From the IMG/VR virus record IMGVR_UViG_3300045988_043056: a stretch of 43,022 nt of DNA; one strand, written 5' to 3'. This document shows, in pieces, positions 34,468 to 41,952 of this stretch. This DNA is from a virus. Position numbers and translations under genes: made by a program. Positions within the stretch are counted from its first letter, which is position 1; each line of letters starts with the position of its first letter. The notes under the pieces were generated by a model that worked only from the letters and a program-made list of their open reading frames with translations, did not search any database and had not been told where the DNA came from.

Positions 34468-36357
34468 TCAGCTCACATAGAGGTAAAACCTCCGTGTGAT
34501 TGCCGAGAGCATTTTCACCGTCACAACTCCGGCCGAGGTCACGGTCAGCGTCGCGCGATAATAGTCCCCCGCTGCCGCAATGTAGATGTTCCATGTATCC
34601 GCCAGCAATGGGAAGCTGCATGTCTGGAAGTAGTTTTCTCCGCTGATTTCCGAGCCGATCAGCACATGCACCGTATGATACACGCTCATGTCCGCCGTAC
34701 CGCTTACCGTCCCGTTTTCGGTCAGCGTCTGAACGTCCAGCAGCAGCCACCCGACACTTTTTGCCGGTGTGTACCCCAGTGCCGCCGTGATTGCAGCCTT
34801 CGTCACGGTTGCATCCGTGCCCGGCTCTCCTTGCGGGCCTTGCGCGCCGGTCTCACCCTTCGGCCCCTGATCTCCCTGTGGTCCTTGCGCTCCTTTCTCG
34901 CCCTTTGCGCCGGTCTCACCCCTCGGCCCCTGATCTCCCTTCGGGCCTTGCGCGCCTGTCTCGCCCTTTGCGCCGGTCTCACCCTTCGGCCCCTGATCTC
35001 CCTTCGGTCCCTTGATGTTGACCGGTGTCGGATTTTCCAAGCCTCCGTCGTTTGTCCACGAGATCACGCCCGCTTCGCTCACGCTCGGGGTGAAGGTCGT
35101 GCCCGGCTCCCCCGCGCCGCCTCCGCCCGATGTCACGCCGATGTTGCTCCGTGCCTGTGCTTTCTGCGCCTCCGTCAGGGTCTGCGGCGTGTACTTTACG
35201 GCATCTGCACCGGCATTCTCCCGCGCCTGCTGCGCCCAGTGTTTGGCGTTGTTGTGGTAGGCCGGGTCGCTCTCCGGCACTTCCGTTCCGTTTCTCTTGC
35301 CGACCGCCCAGCTCTCCGCGTCCTGTGCAGAGAGCGCCGCATTGCTCGCTGCATTTTCCGCCGCGATTCCCTGCTGCTCCGCGCTGGCCGCCGAAAGCTG
35401 CGCACCGTTCTCTGCCGCCTCTGCCCCTGCCTTTGCCTGCACGGCATCTGCCGCAGCGCTCCCGGCTGTCCCCGCCGAGGTCTGTGCGGCACTTTTGGCC
35501 GCTTCTGCCGCCGCCTGTGCGCCCGCTGCGGCCGTGGCATAGTATTTCGCATTGTTGTGGTAGGTCACATCGTCCGCGCCTACGTCCTGCCCGCGCATCT
35601 GTCCGGTCGCCCAGCTCTCCGCATCATCCACATGCTGCAAAGCGCCCTGCTCGTGCTGTCCGGCTTCCAGCGCATCGGCGCTTGCCGACTGTGCCGCAGC
35701 CTCCGCCGCCGTCTTTGCCGCCTGTGCCGCTGCCGTGGCCGTCGCTGCTGCCTGTGTGGCCGTCGCTGTGATTGTCTCCTTGGCATTCTCCGTGATCTCG
35801 TCCTGAATGTTCTGCATGTTCACGAGGTCTACCCACTCCGCCGAGCCGTCCAGCGCCCACTGGATTTTCTTGCCCGCGTACTGCATCTTGGTTGCTTTGC
35901 CGTCTGCACCGTGCAGAGATGCAAGCCACTGCTCCTCCGTGCCTGTGTAGCCGTGCTTCTGCGCAATGGCATAGGCCGACAGGTAGTACTGCTTCAGTTC
36001 CGCGCGTCCGTCCGCCGGGGCCAGGACCTCCGCCACATAGTGCACATACTCCGTGTATGTCGCGTTGAACATCTGCATGCTGTTCTGGTACTTCGTGTAC
36101 TCGCCGTTTGCGTAGTCGATCTGTGCCAGCACATACTGCGTGTAGAGCTTATCGTAGGGGAAGGGTGCCGTCAGCTCTGCCGTCGGCAGGCTGCCGTCCG
36201 CTCCCAATGCAAAAGGCTCGATATCCGCCACGGATACCAGATGCACCTCGCTTAAAACCATCCCCTCGCACTCGCTCACCCACATCAGCAGGATCTCTTT
36301 GTCAAACGCCGGCGGCTTGAGCGTCTGCACCAGCTTGATCAGCTTGTCTACTTTCAT
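34468..36357 (-). CDS. Tail fibre / receptor-binding protein with a collagen-like triple-helix segment
   Basis: It contains A/S/E-rich fibre repeats with AESWA...YHNNAKYYA and AESWAVG...YHNNAKHWA motifs, 21 Gly-X-Y triplets, and a ~110-aa C-terminal beta-domain. The RBS is GAGAGGAG. Its 5' end overlaps TerS by 56 nt. Confidence 0.75.
   Translation of the reverse strand: MKVDKLIKLVQTLKPPAFDKEILLMWVSECEGMVLSEVHLVSVADIEPFALGADGSLPTAELTAPFPYDKLYTQYVLAQIDYANGEYTKYQNSMQMFNATYTEYVHYVAEVLAPADGRAELKQYYLSAYAIAQKHGYTGTEEQWLASLHGADGKATKMQYAGKKIQWALDGSAEWVDLVNMQNIQDEITENAKETITATATQAAATATAAAQAAKTAAEAAAQSASADALEAGQHEQGALQHVDDAESWATGQMRGQDVGADDVTYHNNAKYYATAAAGAQAAAEAAKSAAQTSAGTAGSAAADAVQAKAGAEAAENGAQLSAASAEQQGIAAENAASNAALSAQDAESWAVGKRNGTEVPESDPAYHNNAKHWAQQARENAGADAVKYTPQTLTEAQKAQARSNIGVTSGGGGAGEPGTTFTPSVSEAGVISWTNDGGLENPTPVNIKGPKGDQGPKGETGAKGETGAQGPKGDQGPRGETGAKGEKGAQGPQGDQGPKGETGAQGPQGEPGTDATVTKAAITAALGYTPAKSVGWLLLDVQTLTENGTVSGTADMSVYHTVHVLIGSEISGENYFQTCSFPLLADTWNIYIAAAGDYYRATLTVTSAGVVTVKMLSAITRRFYLYVS
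34819..35010. repeat. Collagen-like GXY coding repeat (21 triplets) with near-identical DNA sub-repeats
   Basis: [64 protein letters not shown]. The DNA unit CGCCGGTCTCACCC(T/C)TCGGCCCCTGATCTCCCT recurs three times. Confidence 0.9.
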
Positions 36358-36901
36358 CGCTTTGCTCCTCTCCCGGTATGTCCATCTTTTTCAGCTCTGC
36401 CAGCAGCTCCAGCTTGCGCTGTGCGCTCTGCGGCTTGATCGCCTCCCGCGTCTCCCTGTCGAGGCTGATTTCCTGCCGCTCCTTCCAGCCGCAGTTATGC
36501 TGCAGGGAAAACTTCGCGCCCGCTGCCGAGGACTTTTCCAGCACCTTCCCGGCCAAAAAGTCCTCCACGCGCCCCCGCGCACGCTCCACCGTGTCGGCAT
36601 ACGCCTTTTTCTTCCCGTACTCCGCCCATGTCGAGCGGTGTATACCCAAAAAGAGGCACAGTCCCGCCATGCTCGGCTTCTTGATCCACAGCTCCTCGGT
36701 CGCGGGCGTGCCGTCAGCGGCCACCGGCCGGACGAATTTCTTCTTCGGGTGTCCGAAGGCATCCAACTCCACCAAAAATGTCCCGTCCGGCTGCTCCTGA
36801 TAGGCTATTTCCGCAAGGATAAGCGGCCGCACCACGCGGATTGAATCGAAATACTTATCCACCGCCTCCGCCAGCTCCTGCGGCTTGTATCGCTTCTGCA
36901 C
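36302..36901 (-). CDS. terS: Terminase small subunit
   Basis: GTG start behind [76 protein letters not shown] is the typical TerS (gp3-like) HTH core. Confidence 0.85.
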   Translation of the reverse strand: MQKRYKPQELAEAVDKYFDSIRVVRPLILAEIAYQEQPDGTFLVELDAFGHPKKKFVRPVAADGTPATEELWIKKPSMAGLCLFLGIHRSTWAEYGKKKAYADTVERARGRVEDFLAGKVLEKSSAAGAKFSLQHNCGWKERQEISLDRETREAIKPQSAQRKLELLAELKKMDIPGEEQSDESRQADQAGADAQAAGV

Positions 36902-36923
36902 GCATTATCCCTCCTTTGGCTCT

Positions 36924-36956
36924 ATTTTCGCATCCCTACCCCCCGAGTTACTTCCA
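36924..36956 (-). promoter_or_regulatory. P-box copy 2 (candidate late promoter of TerS)
   Basis: In minus sense: TGGAAGTAACTCGGGGGGT (36956-36938), then GAAAAT (36929-36924) with the same 17-nt spacing as copy 1. The TerS GTG follows 22 nt later. Confidence 0.55.
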
Positions 36957-36969
36957 CTTTCTTCGGCGG

Positions 36970-37004
36970 AAAAAAATTCAAGCGCCGTCCGTGTGGGCGG
37001 CGCT
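36970..37004 (-). terminator. Intrinsic terminator after the regulator gene
   Basis: In minus sense: AGCGCCGCCC, ACAC, GGACGGCGCT (one mismatch), then TGAATTTTTTT. It starts 1 nt after the stop codon. Confidence 0.7.
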
Positions 37005-37005
37005 T

Positions 37006-37281
37006 TTACCATCTCTCGTAGATTTTCTTTCGCATCCTGCACAGCGTCTGGATGCTCACATAGTGCTCTGCGCTCACGCGCTGCACGTCTGTACCGTCAT
37101 GCAGCAGCCAGTCCCTCAGGGCGCAGATGTACGCACGGTCGCCGCCTGCCGCATCAGCGATCAGGCGGTCGATCCGCTTTTTCTGTTTTTCCCCCGCATC
37201 GTCGTAGTTGACGAGTGCAAAATAGATCTGCCCCTGCTTGCGGTATGGGATCCGCAGTCCTCGCTGCATCTTAAAGCCCAT
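37006..37281 (-). CDS. Sigma-like / HTH late regulator (start uncertain: 37281 or 37269)
   Basis: LRIPYRKQGQIYFALVNYDD...VQRVSAEHYVSIQTLCRMRKKIYERW has a C-terminal region-4-like HTH. GGAGG lies 5 nt before ATG 37281. Confidence 0.6.
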   Translation of the reverse strand: MGFKMQRGLRIPYRKQGQIYFALVNYDDAGEKQKKRIDRLIADAAGGDRAYICALRDWLLHDGTDVQRVSAEHYVSIQTLCRMRKKIYERW

Positions 37282-38155
37282 ACCCGCCTCCCGCTTTCCG
37301 CGCCTCCCGCTTTTTGGGCACATAGCGTATGTACTGCACCACCGTCTCCGGATTGTACTCCGAGCGTTCCATAATTTTTGCGCCAGCCGGGGCCTTGATC
37401 TCTGGATTTCCCAGCACCTCGCGCTCCGTGATCTCCGGCATCAGCATGCCGCGGCTCACGGAGTACTTTTTCGCATCCGGCTGACGGCGTACCTGACGCA
37501 TCAGATACACGGCTATCGGCGTGTAGTCCTGCTGGCCTCTCAGTCTGCGGATGTCCACAGAGCCGAGCTTCCACTGCTTTTGCAGCATGTCCCAGGAGAT
37601 GCCCTCCGCCGCCAGCACCAGATGATGGTGGATGCGCACCACCTCGCCGGTATCGCCGTCGATGTCCGATGTCACCGCGATGTACTTCACGGCCTGCTGC
37701 CGCTTCACTCTGCGGAGCCATAGATTCATCTGCTTTTCCGCCGCTGCGCGCAGCCTTGCGCATGCTTCTTCCGTATTCTCGTAGGGGTCTATGCCCACAT
37801 CGACCCGTTTCTCGCACTTCTTCGCGGCTTTCCACTCTCCGATCTCCGCTTTCTGCATGCCGAGTGCCCAGAGCTTTTCGCTTTCCGTCAGCCCGGCTTG
37901 TGCGCAGAGCTTTTCCATCCCCGCCGGATCGTAGTCCAGGGTGACCAGAATCCCGTTTTCGTGGTCGAAGTTGCAGTTCAGGAGGCGCGCCACTCTCCGC
38001 AGGGCAGCGTTGAAGTTTGCCTCCTGCTTCCGGAAGCTCGTGTTTCCCTTCTTCCGAGAGGATCGAGGGCGTGCGTTGTCGCGGACCGGGTATCTCGTCC
38101 GCTCGACCACGCCGTTTTTGCACAGATACTTTCGCTCCATGATCTTCACTCCCAT
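37271..38155 (-). CDS. HUH-superfamily rolling-circle replication initiator (Rep)
   Basis: Motif I-like ILVTLDY (nt 37931-37948). HUH motif VRIHHHLVL (nt 37613-37636). Tyr motif DYTPIAVYLMRQ (nt 37493-37513). Confidence 0.7.
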   Translation of the reverse strand: MGVKIMERKYLCKNGVVERTRYPVRDNARPRSSRKKGNTSFRKQEANFNAALRRVARLLNCNFDHENGILVTLDYDPAGMEKLCAQAGLTESEKLWALGMQKAEIGEWKAAKKCEKRVDVGIDPYENTEEACARLRAAAEKQMNLWLRRVKRQQAVKYIAVTSDIDGDTGEVVRIHHHLVLAAEGISWDMLQKQWKLGSVDIRRLRGQQDYTPIAVYLMRQVRRQPDAKKYSVSRGMLMPEITEREVLGNPEIKAPAGAKIMERSEYNPETVVQYIRYVPKKREARKAGGGYGL

Positions 38156-38202
38156 CTTTTCTTCTCCTTGGTCACAAACTTAGGGCTTTACCGAGCCGCG
38201 AA

Positions 38203-38222
38203 GATACGCGCGCGCGCGTATC
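38203..38222. promoter_or_regulatory. Perfect 20-bp palindrome GATACGCGCGCGCGCGTATC with an alternating CG core
   Basis: It lies 48 nt upstream of the Rep start, flanked by a T7/A7 run. Confidence 0.7.
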
Positions 38223-38347
38223 ATTTTTTTGGAAATCTCCGCCGTGCGTCCGCATCCATTCGGCGCGCATCTTTTTCGCCGTATCGCCACAGCCGCCCGG
38301 CTTCGCTTTCCTTGCTTCTTATTTTTAATATAGTGTATCGGTCGCTC

Positions 38348-38412
38348 TATTTTCCGCCCGCTGCGCGGGCAGAAAATACAATTCCCGAGTGCGGGCCGGT
38401 TTTCCGGCCCGC
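38348..38412. promoter_or_regulatory. Two adjacent strong hairpins in the Rep-upstream intergenic region (candidate origin or terminator structures)
   Basis: The first is TATTTTCCGCCCGC, TGC, GCGGGCAGAAAATA (38348-38378, one mismatch). The second is GCGGGCCGG, TTTT, CCGGCCCGC (38391-38412, perfect). Confidence 0.6.
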
Positions 38413-38416
38413 CGTT

Positions 38417-38641
38417 TCATCTCTGTTGCTTTTGCCACCGCCGGAGCGCCGCCGTCTCCACCGCGACCTTTGCTTTCAGCACTTCCTCGAAGTCCACCTC
38501 CAGCAGGCTCGCCGCCTGAAGCCGCGCATCGATCGTCGCATACGCTCTGACCTCCACCGGATCATGTCCGGGAAGGAGCACCTGCATCCGCACCGGCTCC
38601 CGGAAAACGTAGCCCCCCGTCTCCGCCGTGGCCTGCATCAT
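38417..38641 (-). CDS. Hypothetical protein (74 aa); my re-call of the 3' half of ORF-track 38417..38791
   Basis: ATGATG at 38641 overlaps the stop of the upstream small ORF. MMQATAETGGYVFREPVRMQVLLPGHDPVEVRAYATIDARLQAASLLEVDFEEVLKAKVAVETAALRRWQKQQR. Confidence 0.5.
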   Translation of the reverse strand: MMQATAETGGYVFREPVRMQVLLPGHDPVEVRAYATIDARLQAASLLEVDFEEVLKAKVAVETAALRRWQKQQR

Positions 38642-38802
38642 GCCCTTCGCAGCCGCAGCACGTCCATGTCCCGCGCCATTTTCGACCACTGCACGCCCAG
38701 CCCCTTTGCCGCCTGCTTCGTCGCGGCCAGCTTGTCCGCTGCTCTGACCTCCACGGTCTTTCCGTTCAATGTTACTTGCCATACATAGCACTCCTCACGC
38801 AT
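38638..38802 (-). CDS. Small hypothetical protein (54 aa) in an alternative frame
   Basis: Hand translation MREECYVWQVTLNGKTVEVRAADKLAATKQAAKGLGVQWSKMARDMDVLRLRRA. This is far more protein-like than the G/A/R-rich first half of the ORF-track call. Confidence 0.45.
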   Translation of the reverse strand: MREECYVWQVTLNGKTVEVRAADKLAATKQAAKGLGVQWSKMARDMDVLRLRRA

Positions 38803-39115
38803 TGTCCCGCTTCCTTTCCGGCAGTCTGCCCGTCATGTATACATAGCCCCGCAGCTTTCCGTAGCTTCCATAGCCCTCGCGCCGGTATGTCCACGCAAGC
38901 ACTGTGACCTCCTCCAGCGTCATCCCGTCCAGTGGGTTCAGGCCGCATTCCTGCCGCGCCCGCGCTACCGTCTCCAGCTCCGCGCCGTTGAGCGTCTCCG
39001 GAAGCCTGACCGTCCTTCCCTGCATCTGGCAGATCTCGCAGACCCACAGCCGCACCGGCGGCATCGGCTCTCCGCAGCACCTGCACCGCCGCACACTGCT
39101 TTTCCTCTTCCTCAT
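38795..39115 (-). CDS. Zn-ribbon hypothetical protein
   Basis: RRCRCCGEPMPPVRLWVCEICQ carries CxxC...CxxC. The C-terminal part is YRREGYGSYGKLRGYVY. Confidence 0.6.
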   Translation of the reverse strand: MRKRKSSVRRCRCCGEPMPPVRLWVCEICQMQGRTVRLPETLNGAELETVARARQECGLNPLDGMTLEEVTVLAWTYRREGYGSYGKLRGYVYMTGRLPERKRDNA

Positions 39116-39279
39116 GTCATGCCCTCCGTCGGTTCATCAGTCCCCAGCTCCCGCGCTTTCGCTTGGATCTCCGCCGCATCCACCACTGTCGCGTCCTCAA
39201 TCGCCCGCTTGACGATCGCCGGGTAAAATCCTTTTTCCAGCAGTCGCTTTTTCAGCGCGTCAGCGTCAATCAGTCGCAT
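39112..39279 (-). CDS. Small protein of the RLIDADAL family (55 aa), below the ORF-track cutoff
   Basis: Hand translation MRLIDADALKKRLLEKGFYPAIVKRAIEDATVVDAAEIQAKARELGTDEPTEGMT. The RBS is GGGGAGGACAAGC. Confidence 0.5.
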   Translation of the reverse strand: MRLIDADALKKRLLEKGFYPAIVKRAIEDATVVDAAEIQAKARELGTDEPTEGMT

Positions 39280-39418
39280 GCTTGTCCTCCCCGAAGTTCA
39301 TCACCGCTTCGACATCTCTGACCAGCGTTTCAAGCGCCGATACACTGTCAGGATCTGCGTATGTGTCATAGTTTCCAATCAACATTTTGCACAGCGCCAC
39401 TTTCTCGGTATCAGTCAT
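39266..39418 (-). CDS. Small hypothetical protein (50 aa), below the ORF-track cutoff
   Basis: Hand translation MTDTEKVALCKMLIGNYDTYADPDSVSALETLVRDVEAVMNFGEDKHATD. The RBS is GGGAGGAAGCCG. Confidence 0.45.
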   Translation of the reverse strand: MTDTEKVALCKMLIGNYDTYADPDSVSALETLVRDVEAVMNFGEDKHATD

Positions 39419-39719
39419 CGGCTTCCTCCCTTTTCACTCCATCCGCGCAGAAGAAGTCCTCCCGCACAATGCTACCCATGCAGACACCGTGATCGCACAT
39501 CAATCTTCCAAAGCACTTATATGCGTGCTCGCAGTCCTTGCACAGCACCACCGGCACTGCATCCACGGTGGTGGCAATATATTTCGCTATGTGGCTGGCC
39601 TCCGCAAACCCCTCTGCTAAAGTGTCAAGGTGCTTTTCCCCTTCCCATATCAGTTTCATCGTTTGTTTATATTCGGCATCTAACAGTTTTGGGAGCGCAT
39701 CCGCATCAATCAGTCTCAC
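39411..39719 (-). CDS. RLIDADAL-family protein with a Cys/His cluster (start probably GTG 39719)
   Basis: GGAGGTG lies 6 nt before the GTG. (M)RLIDADALPKLLDAEYK...VPVVLCKDCEHAYKCFGRLMCDHGVCMG. Confidence 0.55.
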   Translation of the reverse strand: MRLIDADALPKLLDAEYKQTMKLIWEGEKHLDTLAEGFAEASHIAKYIATTVDAVPVVLCKDCEHAYKCFGRLMCDHGVCMGSIVREDFFCADGVKREEADD

Positions 39720-40023
39720 CGTCAGCACCTCCATCCATCTTTGCCCCGCAGTTGGGGCAGTATGGCGACCTTAGTTTATTTTTTCTATTACACCAAGCGT
39801 AATCTTCCTTGTATACTTTTTTATGACAAATTGAACAATATACCCCCGCATTCGAGCAATCGGTTAACGATATCCAATGCCCATGCACCACCGGCGCAAC
39901 ATCGGCGGCAGGCATCTCCGCGATTTCCCGTTTTGCATCCGTCATTGTGGCCAGTCTGTTGGTCACTTCCACCTTGGTCAGGCGCGCTATCGCCATATCT
40001 CGGCTTATGTAACGGTCAGCCAT
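39706..40023 (-). CDS. Zn-ribbon hypothetical protein related to the RLIDADAL family
   Basis: I place the start at ATG 40021-40023 behind GGGAGGATGGGAA. MADRYISRDMAIARLTKVEV...VAPVVHGHW...YCSICHKKV...YCPNCGAKM. Confidence 0.55.
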   Translation of the reverse strand: MADRYISRDMAIARLTKVEVTNRLATMTDAKREIAEMPAADVAPVVHGHWISLTDCSNAGVYCSICHKKVYKEDYAWCNRKNKLRSPYCPNCGAKMDGGADGETD

Positions 40024-40331
40024 TTCCCATCCTCCCATTTTACTTTTGCGCCGAAGTACGTGCGCAGTTTCGGCTTGATGTCGTCCGGCACGTCCGGCTT
40101 TAGGATGTTTGCCCACGACAACACCCGCCAGAACGGGTTCTTCTCGCCGATGCTGTCGAAGTATCCTCTTTTGGCATCGTACCAGTCGGTGTAAATTTCG
40201 ACATCGCCCTTTCCTACAAGTAGCTTACCTGTCTCCGGGTCGCGCATGTTCTTCAGTGCTTCCACAATCACGTAGTGCTCGCCGCTCTCCGGCGGCGCGA
40301 TCTTGCCGTTAATCCAGTTTACTTTTGCCAT
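40005..40331 (-). CDS. Hypothetical protein
   Basis: I place the start at ATG 40329-40331 behind GAGGGGCAGA. MAKVNWINGKIAPPESGEHYVIVEALKNMRDPETGKLLVGKGDVEIYTDWYD. Confidence 0.55.
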   Translation of the reverse strand: MAKVNWINGKIAPPESGEHYVIVEALKNMRDPETGKLLVGKGDVEIYTDWYDAKRGYFDSIGEKNPFWRVLSWANILKPDVPDDIKPKLRTYFGAKVKWEDGKWLTVT

Positions 40332-40506
40332 TCTGCCCCTCCGTTGCTTCTCTCCGTTTTTTGGACTTGGCCTCATGTCCGAGCTTACTCAGGCCTCGCT
40401 CTTTTGCCTGCTCGCTGAGCCGTCGCTTCCTGCATTTCGGGCACAAGAATGCATTCGGCCCCGCGTTAAACACCTTCCCGCACTCGCAGCACATTTCTTT
40501 AACCAT
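40309..40506 (-). CDS. Small Zn-ribbon protein
   Basis: MVKEMCCECGKVFNAGPNAFLCPKCRKRR followed by a basic tail. Confidence 0.55.
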   Translation of the reverse strand: MVKEMCCECGKVFNAGPNAFLCPKCRKRRLSEQAKERGLSKLGHEAKSKKRREATEGQNGKSKLD

Positions 40507-40508
40507 TC

Positions 40509-40781
40509 TTACACACCAAGCCTTTCCGCAATCGACCGCAGCACGGCATCAATCTCATTCATGCGTTCCAAGTGCATTGCACACACGGCGCGTAGGCAGC
40601 GCGGCTCTTCCTCTTTTTCTTCTTTTGGCGTGCAGCCAAATAGATTGCTTTCCATTCGGCGCAAGGTTTCAACAATTCGCTTTTCGAGATCGTATGATTT
40701 CCCGATCAGCTCCATGACGCTCTCCGGCTCTCTGACCGCTGCTTCGCCAACACACGGCGCATTTGCCTCTCTGTAATTCAT
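40509..40781 (-). CDS. Hypothetical protein
   Basis: 90-aa ORF, tightly packed (ATGA-type junction with the upstream gene). Confidence 0.5.
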   Translation of the reverse strand: MNYREANAPCVGEAAVREPESVMELIGKSYDLEKRIVETLRRMESNLFGCTPKEEKEEEPRCLRAVCAMHLERMNEIDAVLRSIAERLGV

Positions 40782-41107
40782 TTTTCACTCCTCCTGTAAT
40801 CCTCAATTGTAGTGATGCCATACTCAATGGCACACTCGTGCTCGATTTTGCATCCGCGTGCGGCTTCCCAGCCCTCGGCAAAGTATGCAACATCCGCGCC
40901 GGACAGCAGCTTCAGCGATTCGCCAAGGAACCACAGCGGCCTTGATAAAACTGTCGATGGAACCACAGCGTCCTTGAAAAAGCTGTCGATCACCTCGACT
41001 TCCTCCTCCAGCACTCGCTCCGCACTCTGTATCGCCTGCGCACGCACCGCCAGAATCTCCTCGTCCGTCTTGTCCCGCATGGGCTGCGAAATGAATAACT
41101 TTTTCAT
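40778..41107 (-). CDS. Nucleoside 2-deoxyribosyltransferase-fold (DUF4406-related) protein, second copy
   Basis: I place the start at ATG 41105-41107 behind AGGAGGTAAACCG. MKKLFISQPMRDKTDEEI...LLSGADVAYFAEGWEAARGCKIEHECAIEYGI shows the GW..(S/A)RG...E...A..G signature shared with DUF4406. Confidence 0.5.
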   Translation of the reverse strand: MKKLFISQPMRDKTDEEILAVRAQAIQSAERVLEEEVEVIDSFFKDAVVPSTVLSRPLWFLGESLKLLSGADVAYFAEGWEAARGCKIEHECAIEYGITTIEDYRRSEK

Positions 41108-41111
41108 CGGT

Positions 41112-41456
41112 TTACCTCCTGATTTTTTGATCTTTGATAAACGGGTATCGCACTGCAAACGGCTGCAAATCCCCGCCAAAAACGTCCTTCAGCGCCCGGT
41201 CAAGCCTGTCCTGCTGGTAATCCTGCTCCGGGCCGGGAGACCATGCATCCGCAAACTCCTGCACAATCTCCTGTACGCGCCGGCACACGGTCTTGACCTT
41301 TGCCGGACCGAGTACGCCTTTCGCGCCCATGACCGCCGGATCGCGGAGTGCCAGCGCCAGCGCGTCAAAGACCTGCTGCTGCCCGACCTCCGTCCCAATT
41401 TTCAGCAGGCGATCCTGCACATCCGCCTGCCGCTTCAGATATCCGCTCTGTTTCAT
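41112..41456 (-). CDS. Hypothetical protein
   Basis: I place the start at ATG 41454-41456 (ATGA overlap). MKQSGYLKRQADVQDRLLKIGTEVGQQQVFDALALALRDPAVMG... Confidence 0.55.
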   Translation of the reverse strand: MKQSGYLKRQADVQDRLLKIGTEVGQQQVFDALALALRDPAVMGAKGVLGPAKVKTVCRRVQEIVQEFADAWSPGPEQDYQQDRLDRALKDVFGGDLQPFAVRYPFIKDQKIRR

Positions 41457-41761
41457 ACCTCCACCGTCGCCCAATCCTCGACGTATGCGCTGCCGATCAC
41501 GCGCTTGCGGCAGTAGCAGGCATACGACCATTCTACGTTTGCCCCTCTGCTTTCCGGCCATCCCGGCAGAAACGCCACCACGTCCGCAACGTCAATCATT
41601 GCAAAACAAATCCGCATATAGTCGCCCGGCTCCATTCCCTCCGGCAGCTCCGCCGGATTCAGGGCAATGTGCCCCGCCGCGCGGATTTTCTCTGCCTCTG
41701 CGGCAAATTTTCCCTTGTAGTTCGGGTCCCCGGTGATCTTACCGGCTATGTAGACCTTCAT
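41453..41761 (-). CDS. DUF4406 / nucleoside 2-deoxyribosyltransferase-like protein
   Basis: I place the start at ATG 41759-41761. MKVYIAGKITGDPNYKGKFAAEAEKIRAAGHIALNPAELPEG...DYMRICFAMIDVADVVAFLPGWPESRGANVEWSYA matches the DUF4406 consensus as I remember it. Confidence 0.7.
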   Translation of the reverse strand: MKVYIAGKITGDPNYKGKFAAEAEKIRAAGHIALNPAELPEGMEPGDYMRICFAMIDVADVVAFLPGWPESRGANVEWSYACYCRKRVIGSAYVEDWATVEV

Positions 41762-41952
41762 ACCTCCACCCCCGGCACCTGTGCTTTCAGTTTCTCGATC
41801 TCCGCCGCCTGCGCCTCGATCAGGTCGGCGGCATCCTTGTCTTTTTGATTGCACGGCAAATACGGCAATCCAATATTGAGGTAGATACAATCAATGCAGC
41901 TCTCCCCGTCAGCGCAATACCGCAGCGCCTTCACGATTTCTTCTTTGGTCAT
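41758..41952 (-). CDS. Small Cys-rich hypothetical protein (64 aa)
   Basis: I place the start at ATG 41950-41952 behind GGAGGAAACGAC (ATGA overlap with the dcm stop). MTKEEIVKALRYCADGESCIDCIYLNIGLPYLPCNQ. Confidence 0.5.
   Translation of the reverse strand: MTKEEIVKALRYCADGESCIDCIYLNIGLPYLPCNQKDKDAADLIEAQAAEIEKLKAQVPGVEV

Noticed and set aside
34819-35010. A diversity-generating retroelement (variable or template repeat) in the fibre gene.
   Set aside because: The repeats are collagen GXY coding units. No reverse transcriptase gene exists anywhere in the window. No adenine-specific mismatch pattern separates the copies.
38203-38229. The palindrome GATACGCGCGCGCGCGTATC plus T7 as a plus-strand intrinsic terminator.
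   Set aside because: No plus-strand gene reads into it. On the minus strand the U-run is on the wrong side. It is kept as an origin or regulatory candidate instead.
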